From assembly GCA_964580585.1 (NCBI GenBank), contig CAZOKZ010000001.1:119893-183892 (forward strand): a stretch of 64,000 bases of DNA, given 5' to 3'. The notes under the pieces were generated by a model. The model did no database searches and had not been told where the DNA came from. It saw only the letters and a list, made by a program, of their open reading frames with translations. Positions within the stretch are counted from its first letter, which is position 1, and each line of letters starts with the position of its first letter. The stretch is from an uncultured Candidatus Sumerlaeota bacterium. Lineage in GTDB: Bacteria > Sumerlaeota > Sumerlaeia > SLMS01 > JAHLLQ01. A program made the translations under genes and the position numbers. Positions 45,056 to 53,907 of the stretch are shown here, one piece after another.

Positions 45056-45949
45056 TTACTGAGCAAAAAACGATTCCCAGCGAGTTCCTTTAAAGCGCTC
45101 TTTCAACTCGTTATAGTTGGTTAAAATCTCAGAGGGATTTTTAACAGCTAGCTTCTTTGTCCGCGCGCTAAGAGGAAGCGAATCGACACCCAAAAACGAT
45201 TCCACCTGACCCATCACCCCTGTGAAATCATCGCTCAGGTCTTCGTAATAGATCTCTAAGACGGGATGATCGGAAAAAAACTCTTCGTGATGTTCCGCCA
45301 GCTGAGCAATTTGCTCGAAACGCTCTTGGCAAAACTCGAAAGGCAGTTCGAACTGATCAGGCTCTGGGGGGACATTTTTAGCATTTGTGGCTACTGAATG
45401 CGTCCAAGTTTTTCGGACGTGCGCCAACTGGGCTGAGAGCACTTTCGCCAGATAATCTCGTCTTTTCAGATGAATCACGCGAATGGACTTATCTTTCTTC
45501 AAAAACGCGCGCAAATCCGCCTGATTTCCCGAACAGGCTTGCTTGTACATCAACTTAAATCCCACCGCTCGAACTTGCTTCGGATAGGAGCGAAAAATGT
45601 AACGATTGATGAACCCCACGGGGTCGTTATTTCTCATCTCAACGACCCGCTTGTTGCGTTTCAAGTGCTGAAATCCAGGAACGCCAAATTCAATGTTTTG
45701 CGGATGACCATGAAAAATTTCTCGAAACGGCACCACTTGCGGATGTGCGAGCAAAGCATGCGCAAGCATGTTCGTACCGGAACGTGCTCCCGCTACAATA
45801 ATAAATCGGGTGTAGTTTCGGTGGGTTGGCAGTAATCTTTTTTCGGCCAGGCAATTTTGCAGCCGTGCGTTAAATTCATGACAAACTCTCTGCATTTTGG
45901 TGACGGAAGAAATGCGATTTGTGGCGAACTTTTTTCGAGGAGTCGTCAT
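45056..45949 (-). CDS. Sulfotransferase family protein (Stf0-like)
   Basis: PAPS 5'-phosphosulfate binding loop FIIVAGARSGTNML and a later RVIHLKRRDYL (3'-phosphate binding region). Start placed at MTTPRKK; the ORF extends to 46024. Confidence 0.7.
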   Translation of the reverse strand: MTTPRKKFATNRISSVTKMQRVCHEFNARLQNCLAEKRLLPTHRNYTRFIIVAGARSGTNMLAHALLAHPQVVPFREIFHGHPQNIEFGVPGFQHLKRNKRVVEMRNNDPVGFINRYIFRSYPKQVRAVGFKLMYKQACSGNQADLRAFLKKDKSIRVIHLKRRDYLAKVLSAQLAHVRKTWTHSVATNAKNVPPEPDQFELPFEFCQERFEQIAQLAEHHEEFFSDHPVLEIYYEDLSDDFTGVMGQVESFLGVDSLPLSARTKKLAVKNPSEILTNYNELKERFKGTRWESFFAQ

Positions 45950-46114
45950 AGTAATTTCAATAGAGTGCCAATAAATTTCACAAGTAACGAGCTGAGTTCC
46001 ATCAGTTGGCCGGTTGCCAACCACTGGTCAACGGGAACTTGCAGACAAAAGAACGAAGAATGCGAATGAGTGCGAAAAAAGCGGCGATTTCTTCCTTTTC
46101 GATTCAAAAAGCAC

Positions 46115-46143
46115 TTGACTTTTTCCTACCTTCTCGATACGTT
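46115..46143 (+). promoter_or_regulatory. Candidate sigma-70-like promoter (TTGACT-17-TACGTT)
   Basis: TTGACT at 46115-46120, a 17-nt spacer, and TACGTT at 46138-46143. The -10 element is weak, and promoter rules in this phylum are poorly defined. Confidence 0.2.
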
Positions 46144-46149
46144 GCAGTC

Positions 46150-46676
46150 ACTATGAAGACTGAGTCAATCTTACATAAGTTGAGTGGCACACTCGTTGAC
46201 TGCGCGGCGTATCCGTTTCGGATGGCCATAGAATGGGGACACCGTTGCCACATCGATGGTGACGTACCTCCAGCCGTGCGACCTCCAAGGTTGCGGCATC
46301 CTCGATCCCACATAGACGGATTGAATCCGGGAGCGGGTACAGCCCGGAATGTCGTGGGATGGAAAGCCGTGCGGCGCAACGACCGTCGTCTGCACGCCAA
46401 TGTGTAACGCTTTGCGGCGTGAGCCTTTGGTGAGTTGACGACACAGCAAAACGGACCGCGGGTCGGTCCGACATCCCAAGCGAAGCGGGTGCTCGTTAAG
46501 CACACACAATTATGGAGCGCCCGCTCGCGGAATTTTGTTTGACGGCTTAGGGAGAGCAGTACAGTCTCCTTGCATTGAAAGTGCGCCGGTGGTTGGTTCG
46601 GCCGATCAACCTAAGCGTCATTAAGGCGCCCCGCCGCACAGTCGAGGGCCTGCGCAAGCGGGCCCTTCCCCTTTTT
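46150..46676 (+). ncRNA. Candidate structured non-coding RNA or long attenuator leader upstream of gdh
   Basis: The 744-bp gap holds only short overlapping ORFs in several frames. It is dense in complementary segments: 46184-89/46246-51, 46211-23, 46305-11/46354-60, 46326-31/46343-48 and 46452-70. It ends in a terminator at 46645-46676. The class is unknown. Confidence 0.25.
46645..46676 (+). terminator. Intrinsic terminator or attenuator hairpin 93 nt upstream of the gdh start
   Basis: 9-bp stem AGGGCCUGC / GCGGGCCCU capped by a GCAA (GNRA) tetraloop, followed by TCCCCTTTTT. Confidence 0.5.
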
Positions 46677-46768
46677 ACCCACTTCTCCCATTGCACACTC
46701 TGTGATTTGCCTGCATTCTGCCTTGCGGAGCATCCCGTTCGCATTTCTCTCCCTTTCGAGGTCCTTCC

Positions 46769-48019
46769 ATGTTCGAAGACTCTCCTTTCTATCAGCAGTC
46801 CTTGCATCAATTGGAATCCGTTGCCGAATACATTGCCTGCTACCCGGGAACGTTCGAGCGTTTGCGCTTTCCGAAACGCAGCATTGTCGTAACGATCCCG
46901 GTCAAGATGGACGACGGCAGCGTGAAGGTCTTCATGGGATATCGCGTCCAGCATTCACTGACCGCCGGACCGGGAAAAGGCGGATTACGCTATAGTCCAA
47001 ATGTCGATTTGGGTGAAGTCGCCGCGCTGGCCATGATGATGTCCTGGAAATGTTCGCTGACGAATCTTCCTTTTGGCGGTGCCAAGGGCGGAATCAATTG
47101 CGATCCCACCACGTGTAGTTCGGGTGAACTGGAGCGCATCACACGGCGTTTCACCCAGGAAATGATCCCCTTTATCGGTCCGAATGTCGATGTGATGGCA
47201 CCCGATATGGGGACCAACGAGCAAGTCATGGCTTGGATTTACGACACGTACTCGTCCCATGCGGGACAAAGCACCCCGAACATCGTAACAGGGAAAAGCG
47301 CCTCCATGCATGGAACGCTCGGGCGTCGTGAAGCTACGGGACGCGGAGTGGTGTACTGTATCGAGGAAGCCGCCCGGATCGCGAAACTGAAATTACATAC
47401 TGCAACGGCCATCATCCAGGGCTTCGGTAATGTTGGATCGGTCACCGCAGTAGAACTTGCCATGCGCCGATGCAAGGTACTCGCCATTGGCGATGTGACG
47501 GGGTACTATTACAACGAAAATGGGATCGATCCATTGGACATGATCGCCTATCGCGATCAGCACCGCACCTTGACGGGTTATCCGAATGCGGAAATCATCA
47601 CAAAAGAGGAGTTCTTTGCCTTGAAATGCGACATTCTGGTGCCCGCTGCCCTGGAGCGTCAAATCGACGAAAAGATGGCGCGCAAACTCGATTGCCGCAT
47701 TTTAGCCGAAGCGGCAAACGGCCCGGTGACCACCGAAGCCGACGCCGTAATCGATGAATCCGATATCATGGTAATCCCGGATATCGTTTGCAACGCGGGC
47801 GGTGTCATTGTTTCGTACTTCGAGTGGGTGCAGGATATCCAAATGTTTTTCTGGACCGCCCAGGAAGTGGACAGCCGTTTGCAGCAATTGATCCGTCGCG
47901 CATTTCTGAGTGTCCATCGAGAAGCAACCACACTCGGCGTCTCGATGCGAAAAGGCGCATTGATCCTGGGTATCAGCAACACTGCCTGTGAAAAAGCCAT
48001 TCGCGGGCTCTATCCCTGA
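46769..48019 (+). CDS. gdhA: Glutamate dehydrogenase (Glu/Leu/Phe/Val dehydrogenase family)
   Basis: GYRVQHSLTAGPGKGGLRYSP and the catalytic-Lys region LPFGGAKGGI. Rossmann motif IQGFGNVGS. C-terminal IPDIVCNAGGVIVSYFEWVQ. Confidence 0.93.
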   Translation: MFEDSPFYQQSLHQLESVAEYIACYPGTFERLRFPKRSIVVTIPVKMDDGSVKVFMGYRVQHSLTAGPGKGGLRYSPNVDLGEVAALAMMMSWKCSLTNLPFGGAKGGINCDPTTCSSGELERITRRFTQEMIPFIGPNVDVMAPDMGTNEQVMAWIYDTYSSHAGQSTPNIVTGKSASMHGTLGRREATGRGVVYCIEEAARIAKLKLHTATAIIQGFGNVGSVTAVELAMRRCKVLAIGDVTGYYYNENGIDPLDMIAYRDQHRTLTGYPNAEIITKEEFFALKCDILVPAALERQIDEKMARKLDCRILAEAANGPVTTEADAVIDESDIMVIPDIVCNAGGVIVSYFEWVQDIQMFFWTAQEVDSRLQQLIRRAFLSVHREATTLGVSMRKGALILGISNTACEKAIRGLYP

Positions 48020-48036
48020 GTTGAGAGAGATTTCGT

Positions 48037-48543
48037 TTGATGACCACAATCGCCTTCGAAGCATTTACCGCACTTTCTGACGATGCAAAAATCCGACTGC
48101 TCCCGCTGGATGGGGAAATCGAAACTCGCCGCTTGGAACCGCTGATTGCCGTGTTGAAGGAGATGCTCGAGCAATGGCGTGAAAAAGGCGTCATTCGTGC
48201 AGGCGCAGCGGAATTAATCGAAGGCGGTAAGTTTATTCTTTTTGCCTACGACCCCACCTCGGGGGACGTCTCCGGCTGTACGAAGGACCAACTTTCAAGC
48301 ACGCTGATCGAGTTTGAAAAGCAACTCGACATTCGAATTCTTTCGGCACGTCGATTGGCCGCAAACATCAACGGAACGATCACGTTTCTTACTCCTCCAG
48401 AGTTCAAAACCGCCCTGCGCGAAGGTCGTATTACGCAGGAAACCACCGTGTACGACCACTTGCTCGAACGCCTGGGCGATGTACGCGCAGGAAAATTCGC
48501 CACCCTCATCGCCAACAGTTGGTATCAGCGCTTGATGCCTTGA
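48037..48543 (+). CDS. Hypothetical protein
   Basis: 168-aa ORF with protein-like composition, 17 nt after gdh and 25 nt before addB. No motif recognised. Confidence 0.5.
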   Translation: MMTTIAFEAFTALSDDAKIRLLPLDGEIETRRLEPLIAVLKEMLEQWREKGVIRAGAAELIEGGKFILFAYDPTSGDVSGCTKDQLSSTLIEFEKQLDIRILSARRLAANINGTITFLTPPEFKTALREGRITQETTVYDHLLERLGDVRAGKFATLIANSWYQRLMP

Positions 48544-48568
48544 AGCGGCGCCCGCGCGGGATTAGCCC

Positions 48569-51500
48569 ATGAGTTTGAAATTCGTCATTGGTCCAGCGGG
48601 CAGCGGAAAAACGACGTGGTGCCTGGAGCAAGCGCGACATCTGGTCGGTGAATCCTCTCGGGATTCGCCAGTGTTATTGCTCGTTCCCGAACAGGCATCC
48701 TTTCAAACGGAAAAAGCGCTCCTTTCGGGCTCGTTTCGCGGCACCGTCCGTGCGCGGGTATTTTCATTTGCTCGGCTGGCATCGTGGATCTTTTCTCAAA
48801 CGCCGGGTTCCGCGCTCCCTCGTCTCAGCGATGTTCACCGCCGTGTGCTCGTCACGTCCATTTTGACGAAGATGCGACGGACGGGCGAACCAGGTACATT
48901 TTCCCGCATCCGAAGCATTGAAAAATGCGTCGCAGAAATTCTGCACGAAATGAAAGAATTCCGCGTCGGGCCCGGAGTTCTAGGCGATTGGGCAAAGCTG
49001 CTCTCGCAAACGGAACCGGTACTGGCGCAAAAACTCGAAGAGTTGGCGCATATTGCCAGCGAATTCGATCAACGCGTGCGCGACCGTTTTGAAGACCCGG
49101 AATTCACGATCGCCGCATTGCGCGACAGTTTGAAATACGTCGATTCGATGCAGGGAGCGCATTTGATTATTGACGGATTCTACGGATTTACAGCCGTGGA
49201 ATTAGAAGTTTTACGCGGATTGCTCTTTCGGTGTTCCTCTGCAACCGTTGCACTCACGATGACCCACGTACGTTACCGCGCATTACGCGAAACACGGCAA
49301 CTTGATTTGATGTCGCGCACCTTGCCCACCGAAGAAACGCTCGTCCAACTATTGGCATTGGCAATCGAAGAAAACATACCCATTGGCGAACCGGTATTTC
49401 TGCCCGGCACATCGCAAAAAACGCGTTTCAGTACTCCGTCCCTCGCACACCTTGAACGCCACTTCCAATCGCATCGCACAGAATCGAGTACCTCCGTCCC
49501 CGCTTCTGGAATTCGCCTGCAAGTTGCACATGACTACCGTGACGAAGTACGTCGCGCGGCAGAGCAATTGCTCGAATGGCACGAAACCAATGACTGGCCT
49601 TGGGGAGAAATGTGCATTCTGACACGCAATTTGGATCAGTACGCCAACTTGCTGACGGATCAATTACGCGCCTTCAACATTCCACATTTCATGGATCGCC
49701 ATGAACCGTTGGAAACACATCCCATCATTCGCGGTGTGCTTTCCGCGTTGGAAACGGTTCTGGGGAATTGGCAATCCGATACCATCTTCGAATTCGCCAA
49801 ATCCGGTCTCTATCCTTTTGACGCGGATCAGGTGGCGCTGCTCGAAGATTTCACGCTCGCTTACCCGCGCGAATCACGCGAGTGGCTTGCTTCGTCCCCA
49901 TGGAGCGAACCGCCCATGCGATCGCCATTCGAGGAAGAATCCGGTCGTTCCTTCTCCCGATACGAGATGCCCCTTATTGAATCCACACGGGCGACGATTG
50001 TCGCTCCGCTGAAAAATTTTTCCGCAGAAATCAAGGCCAGTAGCACCGAGGAAGGCATTGCACTCAAACCATTGATGCTGGTCATTTGCTCATTCATCCA
50101 CCACGGAATGTCTGAACCAAACGAAGCCGATCTGGTCATTTTGAAAGCAATGGGCGAATTATTCGATCATTTGATCGAGTCGGGCGGTGATGAAAAATTC
50201 ACGCCGGAAACGGCGCTCGATTTATTGAGAGAAACGCTGGGTAAATTAAATCTCCCACGCATTCCCCCCATCATCAATCAAGTTTTGATCGGCCAGGCGG
50301 ACCGCTCGCGCGTGGGGACGGTTAAAGGCACGGTGATTCTCGGCCTTGTCGAAGGTCAATTCCCCTCGCCGGGTTCAAACGCAACTTTGCTGACCGATCG
50401 CGACCGCGATCAACTTTCCGACCTCGCCGGCGATGGAATGCACCTCCGTCCCTCCAGCCGGATTCTTTACCAGCGCGAAGCTTTCTTCGCATATATCGCC
50501 CTCACGCGCGCATCCCATGCGTTGTTATTATTGCGACCGCTGAACAGCCTCGAAGGCAACGCTCTCTCTCCGTCCCCCTACTGGTTGGAAATTGAACGGA
50601 TGTTTCGCCAACCGTCCGAGAACAAAACGGAATCAGAATCGCCGTGGAGTCGTGCCGCGCGTCCGCGTGAACTGGCAGCCGTGTTTTGTCGCGATGTGTT
50701 GGATTCCCAGCAGCGTTTTTACACCGCCCCGCTTCATGATTGCTCGGCTATGTTACGTGGATGGAATGAAAAGGCGCGCGACGAGTTTCACGCGATTTTC
50801 GATTCGGCGTCGCAACGCAATCAAGCACGCATTGCCCCGCAGTTGGTGCACGAAATGTTTGGTGATCAATTCCGGACGAGCGTTTCCGGTCTCGAAAGCT
50901 TTTCCAACTGCCCGTTTCAGTTTTTTATGCGCACCTTGGTTGCCCCTCATGTGGCACCCAATCCCAAGTTACAGGCGTCCGACGTAGGAAATCTCGCTCA
51001 CGCGGCGTTAAAGGAACTAACCGACCGCCTGATCCGCGAAGAACGTTCTTTTGGCGATTTACCAGACGACGAAATTCCCTCGACTGTTTCAGAAGCTTTC
51101 ACCGCCCCTCTCGAACGTCTCGGAAAAACGGGAATTTTGAACCGGCATAGTGCACGCATAACCGTTGAATTGCTCCAGAGACAAGTCACCGACCTGGTTC
51201 AGTGTTTGGCCGACGAGGGACGGAGCCTCAACCTCCGTCCCCGCATGGCTGAAGCCAGTTTTGGTCGGCGCATTGGCTTGCGAGGAATTGAATTCGACGC
51301 AACGACCCGACTTGGTCATGTCATTCATGTGCGGCTGCGCGGTCAGATTGACCGGATCGATCTTGCGGTCGATTCGGAAGGTAAAACATGGGCGATTGTG
51401 ATGGATTTCAAATTAAGCGATCGCACGCTGAAGTGGGCCGAAGCAGCCGATGGCAAAAGTCTTCAATTACCCGTTTATCTGCTGGTGATCGAAGCCAACG

Positions 51501-51946
51501 CCGCGGATATTTGCGAAGCTCCGTTGTGCATTGCCGGAGCATTTTACGCGTCGATTTTCGCACGCATCGACAAACCGCGCCTCTTTCGCGGTGTCTCGTC
51601 AGCCAGCGCATGGGATGCACTGCTTTCCACACCGGGCGAACGGGGACGGAGCTTCTTTTCCCGCAGCCCATCGCCAAACGAACGCACCGCCACCCAAGGC
51701 GATGTCATTGCCGATCGCCAGTTCGATGCCCTGATCGCGGAAACACGCAAAACGATCGAACGCCAAGCGTTGGAAATTTTTGAAGGCCATGTCGATGTGA
51801 AACCTGCTCAAGTGGGAAAATCCACCCCGTGTGGATATTGCGATTTCCGTAGCGCTTGCCGTTTAGACTACACCATGAACAGCCGCCGCATTGTACGGAT
51901 GCTTGCACGCGCGCAGGCCATTGATTCCTGGCTTGGTCCTCCATAA
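48569..51946 (+). CDS. addB: Helicase-nuclease complex subunit AddB (RecB-family nuclease with an Fe-S staple)
   Basis: N-terminal Walker A IGPAGSGKTT. The C-terminal PD-(D/E)xK nuclease region has the first Cys in SNCPFQFF, then IDRIDL...VMDFKLS, and the terminal CGYCDFRSAC (CxxCx5C). Confidence 0.82.
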   Translation: MSLKFVIGPAGSGKTTWCLEQARHLVGESSRDSPVLLLVPEQASFQTEKALLSGSFRGTVRARVFSFARLASWIFSQTPGSALPRLSDVHRRVLVTSILTKMRRTGEPGTFSRIRSIEKCVAEILHEMKEFRVGPGVLGDWAKLLSQTEPVLAQKLEELAHIASEFDQRVRDRFEDPEFTIAALRDSLKYVDSMQGAHLIIDGFYGFTAVELEVLRGLLFRCSSATVALTMTHVRYRALRETRQLDLMSRTLPTEETLVQLLALAIEENIPIGEPVFLPGTSQKTRFSTPSLAHLERHFQSHRTESSTSVPASGIRLQVAHDYRDEVRRAAEQLLEWHETNDWPWGEMCILTRNLDQYANLLTDQLRAFNIPHFMDRHEPLETHPIIRGVLSALETVLGNWQSDTIFEFAKSGLYPFDADQVALLEDFTLAYPRESREWLASSPWSEPPMRSPFEEESGRSFSRYEMPLIESTRATIVAPLKNFSAEIKASSTEEGIALKPLMLVICSFIHHGMSEPNEADLVILKAMGELFDHLIESGGDEKFTPETALDLLRETLGKLNLPRIPPIINQVLIGQADRSRVGTVKGTVILGLVEGQFPSPGSNATLLTDRDRDQLSDLAGDGMHLRPSSRILYQREAFFAYIALTRASHALLLLRPLNSLEGNALSPSPYWLEIERMFRQPSENKTESESPWSRAARPRELAAVFCRDVLDSQQRFYTAPLHDCSAMLRGWNEKARDEFHAIFDSASQRNQARIAPQLVHEMFGDQFRTSVSGLESFSNCPFQFFMRTLVAPHVAPNPKLQASDVGNLAHAALKELTDRLIREERSFGDLPDDEIPSTVSEAFTAPLERLGKTGILNRHSARITVELLQRQVTDLVQCLADEGRSLNLRPRMAEASFGRRIGLRGIEFDATTRLGHVIHVRLRGQIDRIDLAVDSEGKTWAIVMDFKLSDRTLKWAEAADGKSLQLPVYLLVIEANAADICEAPLCIAGAFYASIFARIDKPRLFRGVSSASAWDALLSTPGERGRSFFSRSPSPNERTATQGDVIADRQFDALIAETRKTIERQALEIFEGHVDVKPAQVGKSTPCGYCDFRSACRLDYTMNSRRIVRMLARAQAIDSWLGPP

Positions 51947-51979
51947 AAAGCGGGGGGCTTCTTCACCAGAAGAAGCCCC
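51944..51979 (-). terminator. Rho-independent terminator of the pseudopilin gene, lying at the addB stop
   Basis: 11-bp perfect stem GGGGCTTCTTC / GAAGAAGCCCC with a 4-nt loop. On the minus strand it is followed by CGCTTTTTAT. Confidence 0.6.
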
Positions 51980-52008
51980 GCCGCCACTCTCGAACATTCT
52001 CTCTCTGC

Positions 52009-52680
52009 TCAGGGAGCAAACCACACAACGTCGCCTTTACTAACCGTTCCGTTGGTGGGATCGTACTGTCGCATACTGCCCATGCCCATCATCGGCATCG
52101 TCATGATCTCGTAGATCGGCATGTTGCCTTCCATTCCCAATTCATGCGCCATCGTTCCCATCTCATAATCTGGACCCGTCGAAACCAACACCCAACGCGG
52201 CACAAGAACCCGGTTGGCGTTCATCATTCCGAACCCCTCAACTTGGGCGCGATATTCCCGGCGATTGTCATCGTCAGGGGTATTCGTGGAATTGAAATAC
52301 ATAAAGGAATGTCGATGATCGTGCATGATTTTTGGCTTAAAAATATCCAAAGGCACACCGCTCATATAGGCAACCGGGGTACTCAGGTTATAGGGTACGA
52401 AAGGCATCTTGCCCATGGACATGTGCATGACATTGGCCACGCCTTCGACGTTATACAAATTCGCCGGATAGGCGTTCTGATCCACATAATACGCTTCGAG
52501 TCCTGTGCTGACAGCACGCATGTCGGCGCGTACGCGTGAAATTTTTGAACGCGTCTGGGCTTCTAAAAAGTTCGGCAACGCAATGGCTGCCAAAATGGCA
52601 ATAATTGCCACAACAATCAATAGTTCAATCAACGTAAATGCCCGCATGGGGGCGCGCAAAGCATTCATTAATGCCTCCAT
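52009..52680 (-). CDS. Prepilin-type N-terminal cleavage/methylation domain protein (GspG-like pseudopilin)
   Basis: RAFTLIELLIVVAIIAILAAIALPNF after a short leader. The C-terminal YDPTNGTVSKGDVVWF is typical of GspG-like pseudopilins that are abundant in Planctomycetota and Verrucomicrobiota. Confidence 0.8.
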   Translation of the reverse strand: MEALMNALRAPMRAFTLIELLIVVAIIAILAAIALPNFLEAQTRSKISRVRADMRAVSTGLEAYYVDQNAYPANLYNVEGVANVMHMSMGKMPFVPYNLSTPVAYMSGVPLDIFKPKIMHDHRHSFMYFNSTNTPDDDNRREYRAQVEGFGMMNANRVLVPRWVLVSTGPDYEMGTMAHELGMEGNMPIYEIMTMPMMGMGSMRQYDPTNGTVSKGDVVWFAP

Positions 52681-52785
52681 CTCTCAGATAAGGGAATCAG
52701 GTGATCGGGGAAATTGGCGTCATGCTGGGGGCACGACCGTTTCCTCGACGAATCCAAATGGGTCTATCGCGATGTCGGAAATGTT

Positions 52786-53283
52786 TCAGGCGACCGACCG
52801 GGGAGGCGGAGCGGGAATATCCGCAATATAAGAGGAAGGAATAGCAATGTTGGAAGGTAGTTTAAGGGCAACGTGATCCTTTTGTTGAATCGCGACCATC
52901 GGTGAGGACTGAGGCAAAAATCGAAAAAACACCGACGCCGGAAACACCGGAAACCATGTTCCGTTCGGATGACATTTGTCGCCTCGAATCAATATAATAC
53001 CATCAAGGTGGGCAGGAACTTTCACGGTTTTCGGCGCGTCGCAACAGCAGGCCGCCCCCATGGGACATACCGGCCCGCAACAGGTGCATGAGCACGCAAC
53101 GGTAACATCCGATACTTCCGAGTCCGCTTCATGTTCCCGGGATTGAAACTGGAGAACGGGGCCTTGATGGAGGAAAAGAAACTCAACTCCCCCGTTTAGA
53201 AAAATCACCAGGAGAAAAAAAATTGCCGCAATCCGCCGCAAGGGCATCCAGAAAGAAAAGCGTTTGAAAAACTGAATGCCCAT
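52786..53283 (-). CDS. Hypothetical membrane-anchored protein with a dense cysteine cluster
   Basis: One N-terminal TM (IAAIFFLLVIFL), then VACSCTCCGPVCPMGAACCCDAP with 9 Cys in 21 residues. No homolog recognised. Confidence 0.4.
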   Translation of the reverse strand: MGIQFFKRFSFWMPLRRIAAIFFLLVIFLNGGVEFLFLHQGPVLQFQSREHEADSEVSDVTVACSCTCCGPVCPMGAACCCDAPKTVKVPAHLDGIILIRGDKCHPNGTWFPVFPASVFFRFLPQSSPMVAIQQKDHVALKLPSNIAIPSSYIADIPAPPPRSVA

Positions 53284-53307
53284 GCGGGGAAGTGAAACCT
53301 CGAACGA

Positions 53308-53808
53308 TTAGCAGTTTTCTTCAATGTACGGCATAGAAGGAACCAACCCCTGCAACCGAGCGTAAACGGCCAGTGCGCCACGATGATGAGCCGTGTGATC
53401 CGTGATCGCCGAAAAAATGGCCATCTTCGGTGCGCCGCCCATGATTTGATCGTTGGCAATTGGTTGCATCAACTCTTCCATCGACTTCGTGGCAACGATT
53501 TCCTCGGCGCGATCAAATGCTCGCTTGATCCATGCCAACGCATCTTCCAGCGACGTCACTTCCCGGACGCTTTTCTCTGCCTTTTCAAAATCCATCTCGA
53601 AGCCGTTTTCATGCAGAAAAGCCGGTTCAATGAACCAATCCACGCATTGGGCGACATGCGCTACTTGGTGGGCGACGGTGAACATTCCTTCTTTTGGGGC
53701 GAATCCCGAATGCTCTTCCTTGAAACAATCGATTCCGCGAAGGAAAAATTTACGGGCGTTTTGCAACTGGATAATGGCTGGGTTCATGTTGTCACACGAC
53801 ATCATCAT
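53308..53808 (-). CDS. DinB-superfamily (DinB_2-like) metal-dependent protein
   Basis: Four-helix pattern with the His triad candidates HQVAHVAQCVDW and ITDHTAHHRGAL. Confidence 0.75.
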   Translation of the reverse strand: MMMSCDNMNPAIIQLQNARKFFLRGIDCFKEEHSGFAPKEGMFTVAHQVAHVAQCVDWFIEPAFLHENGFEMDFEKAEKSVREVTSLEDALAWIKRAFDRAEEIVATKSMEELMQPIANDQIMGGAPKMAIFSAITDHTAHHRGALAVYARLQGLVPSMPYIEENC

Positions 53809-53907
53809 ACCTCTTTAGTTGGATTGAATGAAAACGATAGAAGCGTTCTCACCCAACCCAACCGCAAAAGGCAAACAAAAAGCGAACTGCGTTTCGTTTA
53901 ATTTTCG

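Noticed and set aside
46006-46509. Overlapping ORFs in the sulfotransferase-gdh gap: 46006-46407 on the + strand, and 46104-46505, 46151-46474 and 46171-46509 on the minus strand.
   Set aside because: Three or four frames are open over the same DNA and none has a protein-like sequence or start context. This is more consistent with GC-rich non-coding, structured DNA.
46150-46680. Whether the structured gap is RNase P RNA, tmRNA, SRP RNA, or a cobalamin or glutamine riboswitch.
   Set aside because: I looked for the hallmarks and did not find them in the correct form or order. These were RNase P GGAAAGUCCGG with its 3' ACAGAACCCGGCUUA partner, a tmRNA T-arm/CCA end and tag ORF, the SRP GGAAGCAGCC motif, the B12 box, and the glnA-motif core. 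CCAUAG and GGAAAGCC-like strings occur but out of order. The class is left open rather than named.
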